Source: Cyanobacteria bacterium P01_D01_bin.50
GTDB taxonomy: Bacteria > Cyanobacteriota > Cyanobacteriia > Cyanobacteriales > Nostocaceae
NCBI GenBank assembly: GCA_039200565.1
Contig: JBCCSG010000001.1
Coordinates: forward strand, 4,249 to 68,248
Direction of reading: 5' to 3'
Length of the DNA stretch: 64,000 nucleotides
This document shows, one piece after another, positions 33,858-44,447 of the stretch. Numbering within the stretch: position 1 is the stretch's first letter; every line of letters begins with the position of its first letter. The translations under genes were made by a program, and so were the position numbers. The notes below the pieces were generated by a model. That model made no database searches. It was not told the DNA's origin and worked only from the letters and a program-made list of their open reading frames with translations.

Positions 33858-36788
33858 ATGATGCTGCTAATGGTTGGTTTACTTACCTGCTTGGGAGCTA
33901 GATTGGTGTGTTCGTGTATGAAAAAATATAAATTGCAGGTACTACTCAAGCCAAAAACCGCAAATCGACAACAACAAATGTGTCGATTTGACAAAAATAA
34001 ATTACTAAACAATTGCGAAGATAAAATTAATCAAATTTCTCGCAGTAAAGAGATATTATTCAAAACAGATAGTTCAGGAAGATGGACATTTTTGAATTCT
34101 AACTGGAATGAATTAACCGGATTCACTGTTGAAGAAAGTATTGGTAATAGCTTTCTTGATTACGTTCATCCTTGGGAGTATCAACGCAACTTAGAATTAT
34201 TTAAAATTCTAAAAGCACAACATATAGAAGAAACTGTATACAAAACTCGCTACCAGATATCCGAAGGCAATATTGGTCTTTTTAAAATTCGTATGCGAAC
34301 TTTAGTAAATAGCCAAGGAGAGATGATTGGTACAGATGGTAGACTGGAACTGATTGAGTTAGAAAACCAAGCAAAATATAGTAAAAACGAGCAAAATAAA
34401 GGAGAGAGTCTACATGATATAAAAATGATTAGGGCAAATAATCAAACCCTTATCCAAGCACTTATTAATATAGAAGCTATTTTGCATTCTTTTGATGGTA
34501 GCGATGAATGCTATTCAGAAATTATGTCAATTTTAGGATTAGCTTATAAACCTAACAGAGTTTATATATTTGAAAATCATCAATCTAAAAATGGTGATTT
34601 ATTAACTAATCAGAAAGCTGAATGGTGCGATAGAGAAATTACATCTAAATTGAATCACATACAGAAAAACAAACCAATTTCAGAACTATTTCCTAATTTA
34701 TGGCAAAGATTAGCACGAGGTAATGTTGCTTTGGGCACTCTAAAAGAACTTTGTCTTGAAGAAAAAAAGTTTTTTGAAGCGAGGGGAGTTGTTTCTGTCT
34801 TACTTTTGCCTATTATTGTTAAAGGTGAATTTTGCGGATTTATAGGCTTAGAAGACTGCCTAGAATATAGAGTTTGGCAACCAACAGAAATTGCATTTTT
34901 GCAAGCTAAAGTAGGTGCTATTTCTTTAGCTTACGAAAACTTGTTAACCAAACAGTTCCTATCTAAAACTATTAAAGAATATCAAAATATAAATTTAAAA
35001 CTAGAGGAAAAAGTTGCTAGGTATAACCTTGATTTGCAGAAGGAGATTGGAAAACGCCAGTCCATACAGAAAGAATTAGAGAAATCTCTTTCTTTACAAA
35101 AAACGACATTAGAAACTACTGCTGACGGTATTTTATTCGTAGATAGTAAAGGTTGTATTGCTGGTTACAATCATAAGTTTGTAGAAATGTGGGATATTCC
35201 TCAAACGCTGATGAAATCCCATGGTGATGCAAATGTGTTGGAATTCACAACAAGTCAACTAAAAAATCCTCAAGAATATATTATTTCGGTAAATCAGCTA
35301 CAGGCTTATCCTGGTGCAGAAATTTATGACTTGATTGAATTTAAGGACGGTAGAATCTTTGAGCGTTATTCTCAACCACAATATGTTGGTGGTAAAATTG
35401 TAGGTAGAGTGTGGAGTTTTCGAGATATCAGCGAAGGTTTGCAAGCAGAAGCGACAATACGCCATCAAGCTTCACATGACCTTTTAACTAATTTACCCAA
35501 TCGAACACAGTTTAATGGGCGGTTGCTCGAGTCTTTGGCCAAAGCTTCCGATCATTTTAGTAAATTAGCGGTTTGTTTTTTAGATCTAGATAGGTTTAAA
35601 ACTATCAACGATACTTTAGGCCATGGAATCGGCGATAAATTGTTACAAAGCGTTGCTCAACGTTTAAAGAGGTGCCTGCATTCGAGGGATATAATTGCTC
35701 GTTGGGGAGGCGACGAATTTACTTTGCTATTATCTGATATTAACACTACCCAAGAGGCTGCTCGTATTGCTGAAGATATTTTAAAGACTTTGAAACCAGG
35801 ATTTTTGATAGACAATCATCTTCTACATATCAGCGCCAGTATTGGAATTGCCGTCTATCCCTACCACGGAAAAGATGGAGAAACTTTAATAAAAAACGCC
35901 GACGCTGCATTAAATCACGCCAAATTCCAAGGAAGAAATCACTATCAAATTTATAATTCGGCAATTAATTCTCAAGCCTCAGAATTGCTGAATTTAGAAA
36001 ACAGTTTGCATTATGCTGTGGAGCGAAATGAATTTCGGTTATATTACCAACCTCAAATTGATATTACTACCGGTGAGATTTGTAAATTTGAAGCTTTATT
36101 ACGCTGGCAACATCCAAAGTTAGGATTAATTCCTCCCAGTAAATTTATTCCCATTGCAGAAGAAACAGGATTAATTATACCTATTAGCGAATGGGTTTTA
36201 AAAACGGCTTGCGCTCAAAATAGATTTTGGCAAAATATTCTAGGATTACCATCTGTGGGAGTAGCTGTTAACTTATCTGCAAGACAATTTCAACAACCAG
36301 ATTTAGTTGATACAGTGCGACGCGTATTAACTGAAACTCAATTATCTCCTAAGTACTTAGAATTAGAAATTACCGAAAGCGCTGCAATGCAAAACGTTGA
36401 CTTTAGCACGGAAGTTTTAACTGAGTTGTATGATATGGGTGTTTCCATATCTATAGATGATTTTGGAACTGGATACTGTTCGTTTAATTATCTCAAACAG
36501 TTTCCCATTCACTGTTTGAAAATTGATCGGTCTTTTGTACGAGATTTAACTAACGATACTAATGATGCAGCCATTATCACAGCAATGATAGCTTTAGCTC
36601 ATGGGCTGAATTTTTCTGTTGTCGCTGAAGGTGTAGAAACCAAGGAACAGCAGAATTTATTACGAATTTTAGAATGTGAATTGATGCAGGGAAATCTTTT
36701 TAGCCCTGCTGTTTGCGCCCAAGAAGCTACAGAATTATTACTACAGTCTAAATCCCGATTGATTAATACATCTGTTTTAGTGGCTTAG
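33858..36788 (+). CDS. PAS-GAF-PAS-GGDEF-EAL cyclic-di-GMP signalling protein
   Basis: Intact GGDEF (RWGGDEFTLLL) and EAL (KFEALLRW, DDFGTGY, KIDRSF) signatures. PAS-like and GAF-like segments lie upstream, with a coiled linker. The start is uncertain (several in-frame Met within the first 25 codons). Confidence 0.92.
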   Translation: MMLLMVGLLTCLGARLVCSCMKKYKLQVLLKPKTANRQQQMCRFDKNKLLNNCEDKINQISRSKEILFKTDSSGRWTFLNSNWNELTGFTVEESIGNSFLDYVHPWEYQRNLELFKILKAQHIEETVYKTRYQISEGNIGLFKIRMRTLVNSQGEMIGTDGRLELIELENQAKYSKNEQNKGESLHDIKMIRANNQTLIQALINIEAILHSFDGSDECYSEIMSILGLAYKPNRVYIFENHQSKNGDLLTNQKAEWCDREITSKLNHIQKNKPISELFPNLWQRLARGNVALGTLKELCLEEKKFFEARGVVSVLLLPIIVKGEFCGFIGLEDCLEYRVWQPTEIAFLQAKVGAISLAYENLLTKQFLSKTIKEYQNINLKLEEKVARYNLDLQKEIGKRQSIQKELEKSLSLQKTTLETTADGILFVDSKGCIAGYNHKFVEMWDIPQTLMKSHGDANVLEFTTSQLKNPQEYIISVNQLQAYPGAEIYDLIEFKDGRIFERYSQPQYVGGKIVGRVWSFRDISEGLQAEATIRHQASHDLLTNLPNRTQFNGRLLESLAKASDHFSKLAVCFLDLDRFKTINDTLGHGIGDKLLQSVAQRLKRCLHSRDIIARWGGDEFTLLLSDINTTQEAARIAEDILKTLKPGFLIDNHLLHISASIGIAVYPYHGKDGETLIKNADAALNHAKFQGRNHYQIYNSAINSQASELLNLENSLHYAVERNEFRLYYQPQIDITTGEICKFEALLRWQHPKLGLIPPSKFIPIAEETGLIIPISEWVLKTACAQNRFWQNILGLPSVGVAVNLSARQFQQPDLVDTVRRVLTETQLSPKYLELEITESAAMQNVDFSTEVLTELYDMGVSISIDDFGTGYCSFNYLKQFPIHCLKIDRSFVRDLTNDTNDAAIITAMIALAHGLNFSVVAEGVETKEQQNLLRILECELMQGNLFSPAVCAQEATELLLQSKSRLINTSVLVA

Positions 36789-36986
36789 AAACAGGGGATT
36801 AGAGTTAGTAGTGAGTAGTTTAAGGTTTGAAATTTTTTCTCCCCCTGAGCCGCACGCTTCGCGCGTTTAGTTTGCTTCTCCGTTAGGATAACGGGTTGCA
36901 CTACTTGCTACAACCGAGGAAACAACGCCGGAGCAGTGGCTTACCATCTCCTCATCTCCCCTTCTCCTTTCTTCAAGAGAGAGATT

Positions 36987-38498
36987 CTAAAAGTACTCTA
37001 CCCTTGCATCAAAATCACGTTGGCGCAAAAGTTCAGATCGTCTTTGTGCTTCAATACGCTCGTTATACTCTCCGGCATTGACATACCTTCCTAATCTCGA
37101 TTCCTCTACTCTAGCTGAGGGTAATACTTGAAGTACTCGATCGTAAATATCTGGATCTCGCAAAGGTATAACTACTACATAACGTTTTTCGCGAGCAATG
37201 CGAAGTCCTAGTCTTTTCCAAGTTTCTTCGTCTACAATGCCAGTTGGACGTAATCTTTCAAATTGCTGGAATGCAATCACGGCGTTTCTAGTCAAATCGC
37301 CAAAATAGCCCGTGGGTACAACTGTCAACAAACCTCTTCTCCCCAAAACCTCTTGCACCTGTTTGACTCTTTGATTCTCATCACCGAATTGAAGTGGTAT
37401 AAAGTTCGGATCTCTTCTTCCTCCTCTACCTCGTCGGGGTATATTTCTCCATACTCTATCTATCATTTCAGAAGTACGTCGATCTACACTTCCAGTTACG
37501 AGTAAACCATAAGCTTGCTGAAATCGCGCTACAGCGTCTTGAGTAGAGCTATCGTAAAAGTTGGTAATATTACCGAAAAAATAACCCAACTGTTTCAATT
37601 GTTGTTGTAAATTTCCAACCTGGGAACCTCTGTCACCAACTTTTAGAATATCTTGAGGTCGGGTACCTGTAGATTGTATACCTCGATCGATCGCAAACCA
37701 AGTACGTCTATCTACATCTCCACTAACAGGGATACCATTTACTTGCTGAAATCTAAGCACAGCATTTCTAGTTATTTGACCATAATAGCTGGTAGCATCA
37801 CCAGTAAAATAACCTAAATTTTTTAATCTTTCTTGTATTAATTTTACCCATTCGCCACTACAACCAACAGTAATCGTTTCTCTGTTGAGATCGCAAATGC
37901 GATCGCGAAGGGTTGGTTGAATCCTTGGCGTAAATCTTCCTTGCAGCCCTACACGTATTGCTTCTCTAGTACGAGGCCCAACTATCCCAATGGGATTTAT
38001 CCCTTCTCGTCTTTGGAATCTAATTACTGCATCTCTAGTAAGTTCGCGAAATCTACCCGTAATTGGACCAGTATAAACGCGCAAAGTTCTTAAATTCCGT
38101 TGTAATGTTCTTACTGCTGCACCATCACAACCATATCGAAGTCCGCGCTGACAATCATTCTGAGAAACACCACTTCTAGCTCTACCACTACCACACCTGC
38201 GTTGCAATGCAGCTTGGGTTCTCGGTCCAACTTTTCCGATAGCAGATATTCTATTGGCTCGCTGAAATCTTCTTACAGCAGCTTCAGTCATGGAAGCGAA
38301 ATTGCCATTTACTGGACCATTGAAATAACCCAACCTTTTCAAACAACTCTGAAGGTTCCTAACTTGAGAATTATTATCTCCTCTCTGTAAAGCTAAAGCT
38401 TCGTTTGAGCTTCCTAGCATTGTAAGAGTTGCCACAATAGATATTAAAGGTAAAGCAAGCCTGTTACTATTAAACATTTTTCTACAAATACAGGTCAA
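36987..38498 (-). CDS. secreted protein with 5 tandem PG_binding_1-type peptidoglycan-binding domains and a C-terminal SPOR-like domain
   Basis: Five repeats of the pattern xVxxLQxxLxxLGYFxGxxxGxFxxxTxxAVxxFQxxxxLxxxGxVxxxT, with signal/anchor LPLISIVATLTMLGSS. The C-terminus YVVVIPLRDP...GRYVNAGEYNERIEAQRRSELLRQRDFDARVEYF resembles a SPOR fold pattern. Confidence 0.8.
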   Translation of the reverse strand: MTCICRKMFNSNRLALPLISIVATLTMLGSSNEALALQRGDNNSQVRNLQSCLKRLGYFNGPVNGNFASMTEAAVRRFQRANRISAIGKVGPRTQAALQRRCGSGRARSGVSQNDCQRGLRYGCDGAAVRTLQRNLRTLRVYTGPITGRFRELTRDAVIRFQRREGINPIGIVGPRTREAIRVGLQGRFTPRIQPTLRDRICDLNRETITVGCSGEWVKLIQERLKNLGYFTGDATSYYGQITRNAVLRFQQVNGIPVSGDVDRRTWFAIDRGIQSTGTRPQDILKVGDRGSQVGNLQQQLKQLGYFFGNITNFYDSSTQDAVARFQQAYGLLVTGSVDRRTSEMIDRVWRNIPRRGRGGRRDPNFIPLQFGDENQRVKQVQEVLGRRGLLTVVPTGYFGDLTRNAVIAFQQFERLRPTGIVDEETWKRLGLRIAREKRYVVVIPLRDPDIYDRVLQVLPSARVEESRLGRYVNAGEYNERIEAQRRSELLRQRDFDARVEYF

Positions 38499-39333
38499 TA
38501 ACTTGAAATCAACTTTTATCGAAACTAACCATTTGAAGGTATTTCCTCAATTAAATCTTGGCGATAAGCCGCTCACGCATGGCTTCGCAATCGCAATCAA
38601 TTTCTTCATAGTTTTTTAATTTTTTAAGCTCAAGAAATTCCCTGTTATGGTATTTACCTGACAGGAAGATTTTTGCAGTTTATATGAGTAGTTTTTGACA
38701 AACTACTATAGTTGGCGATTATTTACAAGATGCTTTCGCGCTCAAGATTTTTAACTATTGTTTCTAGCTGTATCTTTCTAAGATGCTACGCCTTCTATCA
38801 ATCTCAACTACAATCAAACATTCATCGTTTAACTATTTGCCGAATCCTCAAATACATATGCAATTAAACATTGATATATATGGCATTTGATGCACCTATA
38901 CAAAATATACCAGATATTATAGTAAAAAGTACGACAATCTAAATCACAGCAAATATATTTTTATGAATAGTTAATGTATTAATTCTATATTTCATTATTT
39001 TTTATAATTTCAAGTAATTTTAAATACCAATTTCAAATTTTGCAGTTAGTATTAATACAAATACTATGATTTGATTTTTAAACATTAATCCCTAATCCAA
39101 TAGAGTAAAGCCTCAACTGTACAAACTATATCGCCAGGCTGGTTACTTTACCCAAATAAAAAAATAGGAAACTTAAATTTATACCTTACTACCGGATTCC
39201 TAATAGATTTGTAAAAAAATCTCAGTACATTTTATGTTCCCTATACCCTATTCCCCGTTCCCTGACTCAATGAACAATTATGGCTTCGCCACGCTGCGCG
39301 AACATTAATCAAACTGGATTTATATAGAAAAAT

Positions 39334-39828
39334 TTATTCTTCTACTTTTTTAGTGTTACCTGCTTTTACCCAAGCTTCTTTTCCGCTGCTTTCAATGCGA
39401 ATTTTCTGCCAAGTTTTATCACTGCTTAACTCCAAAACTATAACTTTTGCATTAAAACCAATACCACCAAGACGTTCGCCACTAACCTTTGGTTCCGCTC
39501 TTAAAATTAAACCTTGAGGCCAAGTAACTCTCGCGGGATAAGCTCCTGGTGGTAGTGGTTTTTGTGATTCTTTCTCAGGTGATTTTGTCGCAATAGGTTT
39601 TGGTTTTGCAGTAGTTTTTTTCGGAGAATTAGCAGCAGTTGTTGCACCCGGTGTAGGAGTTTTCGCAGCTTGTGCTTTCACAGAGGCTTTATCGTTAGAA
39701 AAAATTGGTTTTGGAGGGTTCATAGAAGTTCGGTTCATGAAATAGATTGCAAGTGCAGCACTGCTACCTACCAAAATAGCCATCGCTAATAAAACACCAA
39801 GTATTAACTTTAGTATGTTAGACAACAT
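39334..39828 (-). CDS. membrane-anchored SH3b-like domain protein with Pro/Lys/Thr-rich linker
   Basis: N-terminal TM (LILGVLLAMAILVGSSAALAIYF), a linker, then ARVTWPQGLILRAEPKVSGERLGGIGFNAKVIVLELSSDKTWQKIRIESSGKEAWVKAG, which is typical of bacterial SH3 domains. Confidence 0.65.
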   Translation of the reverse strand: MLSNILKLILGVLLAMAILVGSSAALAIYFMNRTSMNPPKPIFSNDKASVKAQAAKTPTPGATTAANSPKKTTAKPKPIATKSPEKESQKPLPPGAYPARVTWPQGLILRAEPKVSGERLGGIGFNAKVIVLELSSDKTWQKIRIESSGKEAWVKAGNTKKVEE

Positions 39829-40086
39829 GGTAACTACCTATATCCAAAAGTTCGGGATTAAAAGTTATGAGTGACAAATTATAACTCTTAAATATCAAAT
39901 CCTCAATCATTATTGCATTTAAGATTGAGTATAGTTAGGTTAAGAAATACATTTGGTAATTAGAATTGGGCATGGGTATGGGAAAGTTAGGAGTTAGGAG
40001 TTATAAGTTATGAACCCTACAAGTTTCTACCCCATTTTCCCTATCTCTGTGTGCCATCTTTAGGCACACTGTCCTAAATTAGGATA

Positions 40087-40109
40087 CAAAAAACCCGCTA
40101 TAAAGCGGG
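40087..40109 (-). terminator. intrinsic terminator of the 40141-41727 gene
   Basis: On the minus strand: CCCGCT-ttat-AGCGGG followed by TTTTTTG (plus-strand A-run 40087-40093, stem 40094-40109). It lies 32 nt after the stop codon. Confidence 0.75.
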
Positions 40110-40140
40110 AAAAATCTCATTTATATACTGTATACAAATA

Positions 40141-41727
40141 TTACAATTTGTCTGTAGATATTACTCGTGCATTAAAACCGCGATCGCGCAAGAAAAATCG
40201 AGAATATTTTTGTGCGCCTTCGCGCTCTTTAAACTCTGCGGCTTGAACAAATTTACCTAGTTTTGTATTACGGATAAAGGCATCGGGTACGAAACGTCGT
40301 ACTTCATCCAAGGTGTATATGCTAGTTACAGGTACAAGTACAACGTATCTTTGTTTGATTGGCTTTTCTATTGCTTTATCTAATGCTTTCCAGGTTTGCG
40401 AATTTACGATTCCGTAGGGGGGTAATTCATTATCACGTTGGAATTTTTTGACTGCTTCCCAAGTCGAGCTTCCAAAGTAACCTGTGTTATCGCTCTTGAA
40501 GTATTCTAGTTCCCGCAACATTTCTTGTAGTTTGGTGACGCATTCGCCTTTGTCACCTCGTTGAAGTACGGGTTTTTCGCATTTCGGCTTTTCAGGTTTA
40601 GGGAGCTTGTCAATATTTTGCCAAGTTTGTGGCCCTACAACGCCATCGGTAAACAGCCCTTTATCTCCCTGGAATCTTTTTACGGCTTTTACTGTCTTAG
40701 AATCAAAATTGCCGTCACGATTGGATGTGAAATAACCCCAATGCCACAATCTAGTTTGTAGGTATTTTACATAATTACCCTTGTCCCCAGATCGAAGAGT
40801 AGGACATTTGCCGTCAGCGCAAAAGCCGGGTTGAAATTTATCAGACTTTGGTTTTTTAATTGCTTTATCAATTGCTTGTTGAGTTTTTGGCCCTACAATT
40901 CCATCAGCAATTAAACCTTTATCTTTCTGGAATCGAATTACAGCATCTCTGGTAAGCGGACCAAAATAGTCATTTATTGTTCCTTTAAAGTAGGTTAACC
41001 GCTGCAAACGCTTTTTTAAAGATATAACTTCTGGATTTCTCGATCCTAAACGAAGAATGGAGTTATTACCGCCAATACCATTATTATTAGCTGTCTTTAT
41101 GCTTTGTTTGAGTGCTGTTAAAGTTTTTGTACCGGCAATTCCATCAGCAATTAAACCTTTATCTTTCTGAAATCTAAGAACAGCATCTTGGGTAACGGGA
41201 CCAAAATAACTTCCTGGATTACCAACAAAGTAATTCAACTGTTTTAAATCTTGCTGAAGTTTTTTAACAGCTTGATTGCGACTACCAAGTTGAAGCAAAT
41301 CTGTTTGATTGCTTTGAGGGTTTGAACTGGAACATTTAGATTGAAGAGTTCTTTGTGTATTTCTGCCTACAATACCATCAGTTGTGAGTCCGTTATCTTT
41401 CTGAAACTTAGTTACAGAAATTTTAGTTTTTGAACCGTAATAACCACTGACTGAGGTATTAAAGTAACCTAGTTCCTTCAAACACTTTTGAATGGCTGTA
41501 ACTGATGCACCTTTACTTCCGTATTTCTCTAATGCTAAAGCTTGTCCAATACTACTTAAAAAGAATAAAGTTAGCGCCACTGATAATAGACGCATAGCGG
41601 CATAAGTAGACAGCTTTTTCTTCTTAAGTCCGGCAAAAATATTGAAATCAAATTCAAAAGGAATGATCTCGGTACTTTCGGGTGCTTCATAGGCTGAAGC
41701 AGCGTGAATATAACCAATATTTTCCAT
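40141..41727 (-). CDS. paralogous 5x PG_binding_1 + SPOR-like C-terminal domain protein
   Basis: Same architecture as 36987-38498: TM anchor, five LQxxLxxLxYFxG...FQxDxGLxxDGIVGxxT repeats, and the C-terminus YVVLVPVTS...GKFVQAAEFKEREGAQKYSRFFLRDRGFNARVI. Confidence 0.8.
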   Translation of the reverse strand: MENIGYIHAASAYEAPESTEIIPFEFDFNIFAGLKKKKLSTYAAMRLLSVALTLFFLSSIGQALALEKYGSKGASVTAIQKCLKELGYFNTSVSGYYGSKTKISVTKFQKDNGLTTDGIVGRNTQRTLQSKCSSSNPQSNQTDLLQLGSRNQAVKKLQQDLKQLNYFVGNPGSYFGPVTQDAVLRFQKDKGLIADGIAGTKTLTALKQSIKTANNNGIGGNNSILRLGSRNPEVISLKKRLQRLTYFKGTINDYFGPLTRDAVIRFQKDKGLIADGIVGPKTQQAIDKAIKKPKSDKFQPGFCADGKCPTLRSGDKGNYVKYLQTRLWHWGYFTSNRDGNFDSKTVKAVKRFQGDKGLFTDGVVGPQTWQNIDKLPKPEKPKCEKPVLQRGDKGECVTKLQEMLRELEYFKSDNTGYFGSSTWEAVKKFQRDNELPPYGIVNSQTWKALDKAIEKPIKQRYVVLVPVTSIYTLDEVRRFVPDAFIRNTKLGKFVQAAEFKEREGAQKYSRFFLRDRGFNARVISTDKL

Positions 41728-42459
41728 GATTGAGTTGAGTTTTAAGGGTTGATTAGTTATTTACGAAGCAACGGACGAACAGCGTAGCGAGCGTTAAGTA
41801 ATCATCCCTGATGTATTTATTTGTGAATCAAAATACTCTGTGATTGAGTATTTTTTTCATGCGATCGCGACTTCAGGAAGTAATCTATCAAAGTTCATTT
41901 TTAGGTGTGTCAAGGGTGCTCGTCAAAAAGACAAAATATAAATTAAATCAACTAATCCCAATTATTTTGAGGCACTCCGAGATGGAGCCTTAAATACAGG
42001 GGAAGGCGATTTGTATAGAGATGCCGGATACACCACAAGTTAACTTGTTTTAAAGCTTGCCTTTTAAGGAAATTGTCACCCTATAAATTAGTTAATACTT
42101 ACGCAATAACCCATTTTCTAGCAATAAGATGCGTAAGTATTATTCACGGGAGTAATTACAACTAGCGATTTTAATTCCAACTCAATACTCCTCGGTTAAG
42201 GAATCACGGGCACCCTTCACATAAAGTTTTTAGATTCCCCAAACCTCCTTGAAAAAAGGGAGAATAAGTATCTTAACCGACAAGTATTGAATTCCCACTT
42301 ACCACAAAAAAGCAGTCTAATAATAAAAAAACTCTGTAGTTATTACAAAATAATTTCCACTTCGTAAAGTATGAAATTTTACTAATATTATAACAATGAC
42401 GATAAAACTATTTGTAATAATTATGACCTATTAGCAAATTTAATTCTAATGGCAAATAG

Positions 42460-42490
42460 AAAAAGCAAAGGTAGTAATTTTTCCTTTGCT
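42460..42490 (-). terminator. intrinsic terminator of ycf46
   Basis: On the minus strand: AGCAAAGG-aaaaattacta-CCTTTGCT followed by TTTTTCTATTT. The stem arms are at 42464-42471 and 42483-42490, ~30 nt after the stop. Confidence 0.6.
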
Positions 42491-42518
42491 TCCTTCACTT
42501 ACTCTAGTTTTTCCTCTG

Positions 42519-44033
42519 CTATTTCAACTGTTGTTGAATCCTATCGTTCAAAGGATTATGCTTAGATGCAAGACGTGCTCTTCCTGAAGCTGCCCATTGA
42601 CGTAGTTGCTCAATTTTTTCTTGGGCAGTTCGTGCTAAAGGTATGATTTGACTGGCAGCTTCTAAAATATCGTCTGTAATAAAATCGCGGTTTTGGCTAA
42701 AGCCGATGTGCATTGCTTCAATTAATGTTTGCTCGATTTCTGCACCGGAAAAATCGGGTGTTTCGTAGGCTAATCTTTCCATGTCGTAGTCTTTGATATT
42801 ATGAGGACGCAATCGTGATAAATGCACGTTGAAAATGGCTTTTCTTTCTTCTTGGATAGGTAAACCGACGAAGAATATTTCATCAAATCTACCTTTACGC
42901 AACAATTCTGGCGGTAATTCTTGAATATCATTGGCGGTGGCGACTACAAATACAGGTGAGGTTTTTTCTGCCATCCAGGTAATAAATGTACCAAATACTC
43001 GGCTGGTAGTTCCCCCGTCGCCTTTGCTACCAAGTCCAGAAAATGCTTTGTCTATCTCATCTATCCACAAAATACAAGGTGCGAGAGCTTCGGATACTTG
43101 TATCATTTGGCGAGTACGCGATTCCGACTCACCTACCAAACCGCCAAATAATCTTCCCACATCTAAACGCAGTAAAGGTAAATGCCAGTTATGAGCGATC
43201 GCTTTTGCGGTTAATGATTTACCAGTTCCCTGAATTCCCACCAACAGTAAACCGCGAGGATGAGGTAAACCATATTGTCGGGCTTTGTCACTGAAGCCAC
43301 CACCCCGACGTAATAACCAATCTTTGAGGTTATCTAATCCGCCGATATCGGAAATTTGTTCTGTAGCGGGGATAAAATCGAGAATTTGGGTTTGACGTAT
43401 AGTTTGGCGTTTTTCTTGCAAAACTAATTCCACATCTTCCGACTCTAATTCACCTTTTTGGGCGATCGCTCTTGACAAAACGCGGCGAATGCGTTCCATA
43501 CTCAAACCTTGAGCGGCACGAACTAATTCATTTAAAACTTGATTTGGGAGAGAATTATTAGTCGCGGCTAAGAGTTTTTCGATTTCGGTTTGAATTTCTG
43601 TAGCGCTAGGTAAAGCGAATTCAACAACTGTCAAGACTTCTGTTAAATCGTCGGGAATAGCGATGCGCGGTGAAAGAATGACAATATTTTTTGGTTGTGA
43701 TTTTAATAAACGCGCTATATTGCGGAGTTTGCGAGAAATCGCCACATCATCTAAAAATCGATGAAAATCTCGGAGAATCAACACGGCTGGTGCTGGTGGA
43801 TGTAACTTTTCCACGAATTCCAAAGCTTGTAGTGGGTTGCGTTTTCCGAAACCCGCATCATTAGGATTACCTTGATAACCGTCTACAAAATCCCAAATGT
43901 AGACTTGACGATTACCAAGTTTTGTAGATTCAGAGCGAATTGCGGCTTCTAAACGCTCTTCTTCCTGGGTGGCAATGTAAATCAATGAGTAGCGAGCGCG
44001 TAGTAATAGTTTAAACTCTTCGCCAAATGTCAT
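42519..44033 (-). CDS. ycf46: AAA+ ATPase Ycf46
   Basis: 504 aa. The N-terminus FKLLLRARYSLIYIATQEEERLE...YIWDFVDGYQGNPND and the AAA module LLVGIQGTGKSLTAKAIA / ILWIDEIDKAF / LLRKGRFDEIFFVGLP match the conserved cyanobacterial/plastid Ycf46 family as I remember it. Confidence 0.75.
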   Translation of the reverse strand: MTFGEEFKLLLRARYSLIYIATQEEERLEAAIRSESTKLGNRQVYIWDFVDGYQGNPNDAGFGKRNPLQALEFVEKLHPPAPAVLILRDFHRFLDDVAISRKLRNIARLLKSQPKNIVILSPRIAIPDDLTEVLTVVEFALPSATEIQTEIEKLLAATNNSLPNQVLNELVRAAQGLSMERIRRVLSRAIAQKGELESEDVELVLQEKRQTIRQTQILDFIPATEQISDIGGLDNLKDWLLRRGGGFSDKARQYGLPHPRGLLLVGIQGTGKSLTAKAIAHNWHLPLLRLDVGRLFGGLVGESESRTRQMIQVSEALAPCILWIDEIDKAFSGLGSKGDGGTTSRVFGTFITWMAEKTSPVFVVATANDIQELPPELLRKGRFDEIFFVGLPIQEERKAIFNVHLSRLRPHNIKDYDMERLAYETPDFSGAEIEQTLIEAMHIGFSQNRDFITDDILEAASQIIPLARTAQEKIEQLRQWAASGRARLASKHNPLNDRIQQQLK

Positions 44034-44132
44034 AGTTGTTTTTTAGTAGTTTATTTTATTGTTCCGGTTTTTATTGTTTTTGGTAAGTGAGAATTATTAA
44101 CCGCTGAGTCGCTGAGGGCGCTGAGGAAGAGT

Positions 44133-44441
44133 TTAAAAAGGTTTTGAGGTTGGGAGAGAGGTTTTATTGAACAGGTTATTTGTTTCTTTTTGCAAAACCC
44201 GCAATTTTTCAACCGATAACCCAGTTACTCTCGATATATCTTCTAAAACCATACCAGTGTTAATTAGATTGATAGCGATTTGTTGTAAAGCTTCGACTTT
44301 ACCTTTTTCTATTCCTTCTTTCAAGATTTCCTGATAAATGGGTGATTCGCGCATAAAATCTGTCCTCAAAACTAAGTTATTTAAAATCGCCGTGGATGCG
44401 GCGATTTTAATTTGAATCCGGGTTTCTATATTCTCATTTGT
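44133..44441 (-). pseudogene. 5'-truncated tandem copy of the adjacent Rpn/DUF4351 gene (only the C-terminal domain is retained; a 78-aa ORF remains open)
   Basis: The ORF 44133-44369 reads RESPIYQEILKEGIEKGKVEALQQIAINLINTGMVLEDISRVTGLSVEKLRVLQKE, parallel to the C-terminus of the 265-aa neighbour. Upstream in-frame codons (..IAASTAILNNLVL..) still match the neighbour (..VAASTAILAGLVL..) until an in-frame stop near 44442. Confidence 0.7.
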
Positions 44442-44447
44442 TAACTC

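Noticed and set aside
33812-34012. 66-aa minus-strand ORF overlapping the 5' end of the GGDEF-EAL gene
   Set aside because: It has a low-complexity hydrophobic and Cys-rich translation, overlaps the start region of a confidently called gene, and no ribosome-binding site is evident.
42519-44033. AAA+ ATPase at the edge of the accessory island, considered as a defence-system ATPase
   Set aside because: The N-terminal and AAA-module sequence match my recollection of Ycf46, a protein conserved across cyanobacteria and plastids. It has its own terminator and is on the opposite strand to the LRV-MoxR-VWA module. I treat it as the conserved left border of the island.
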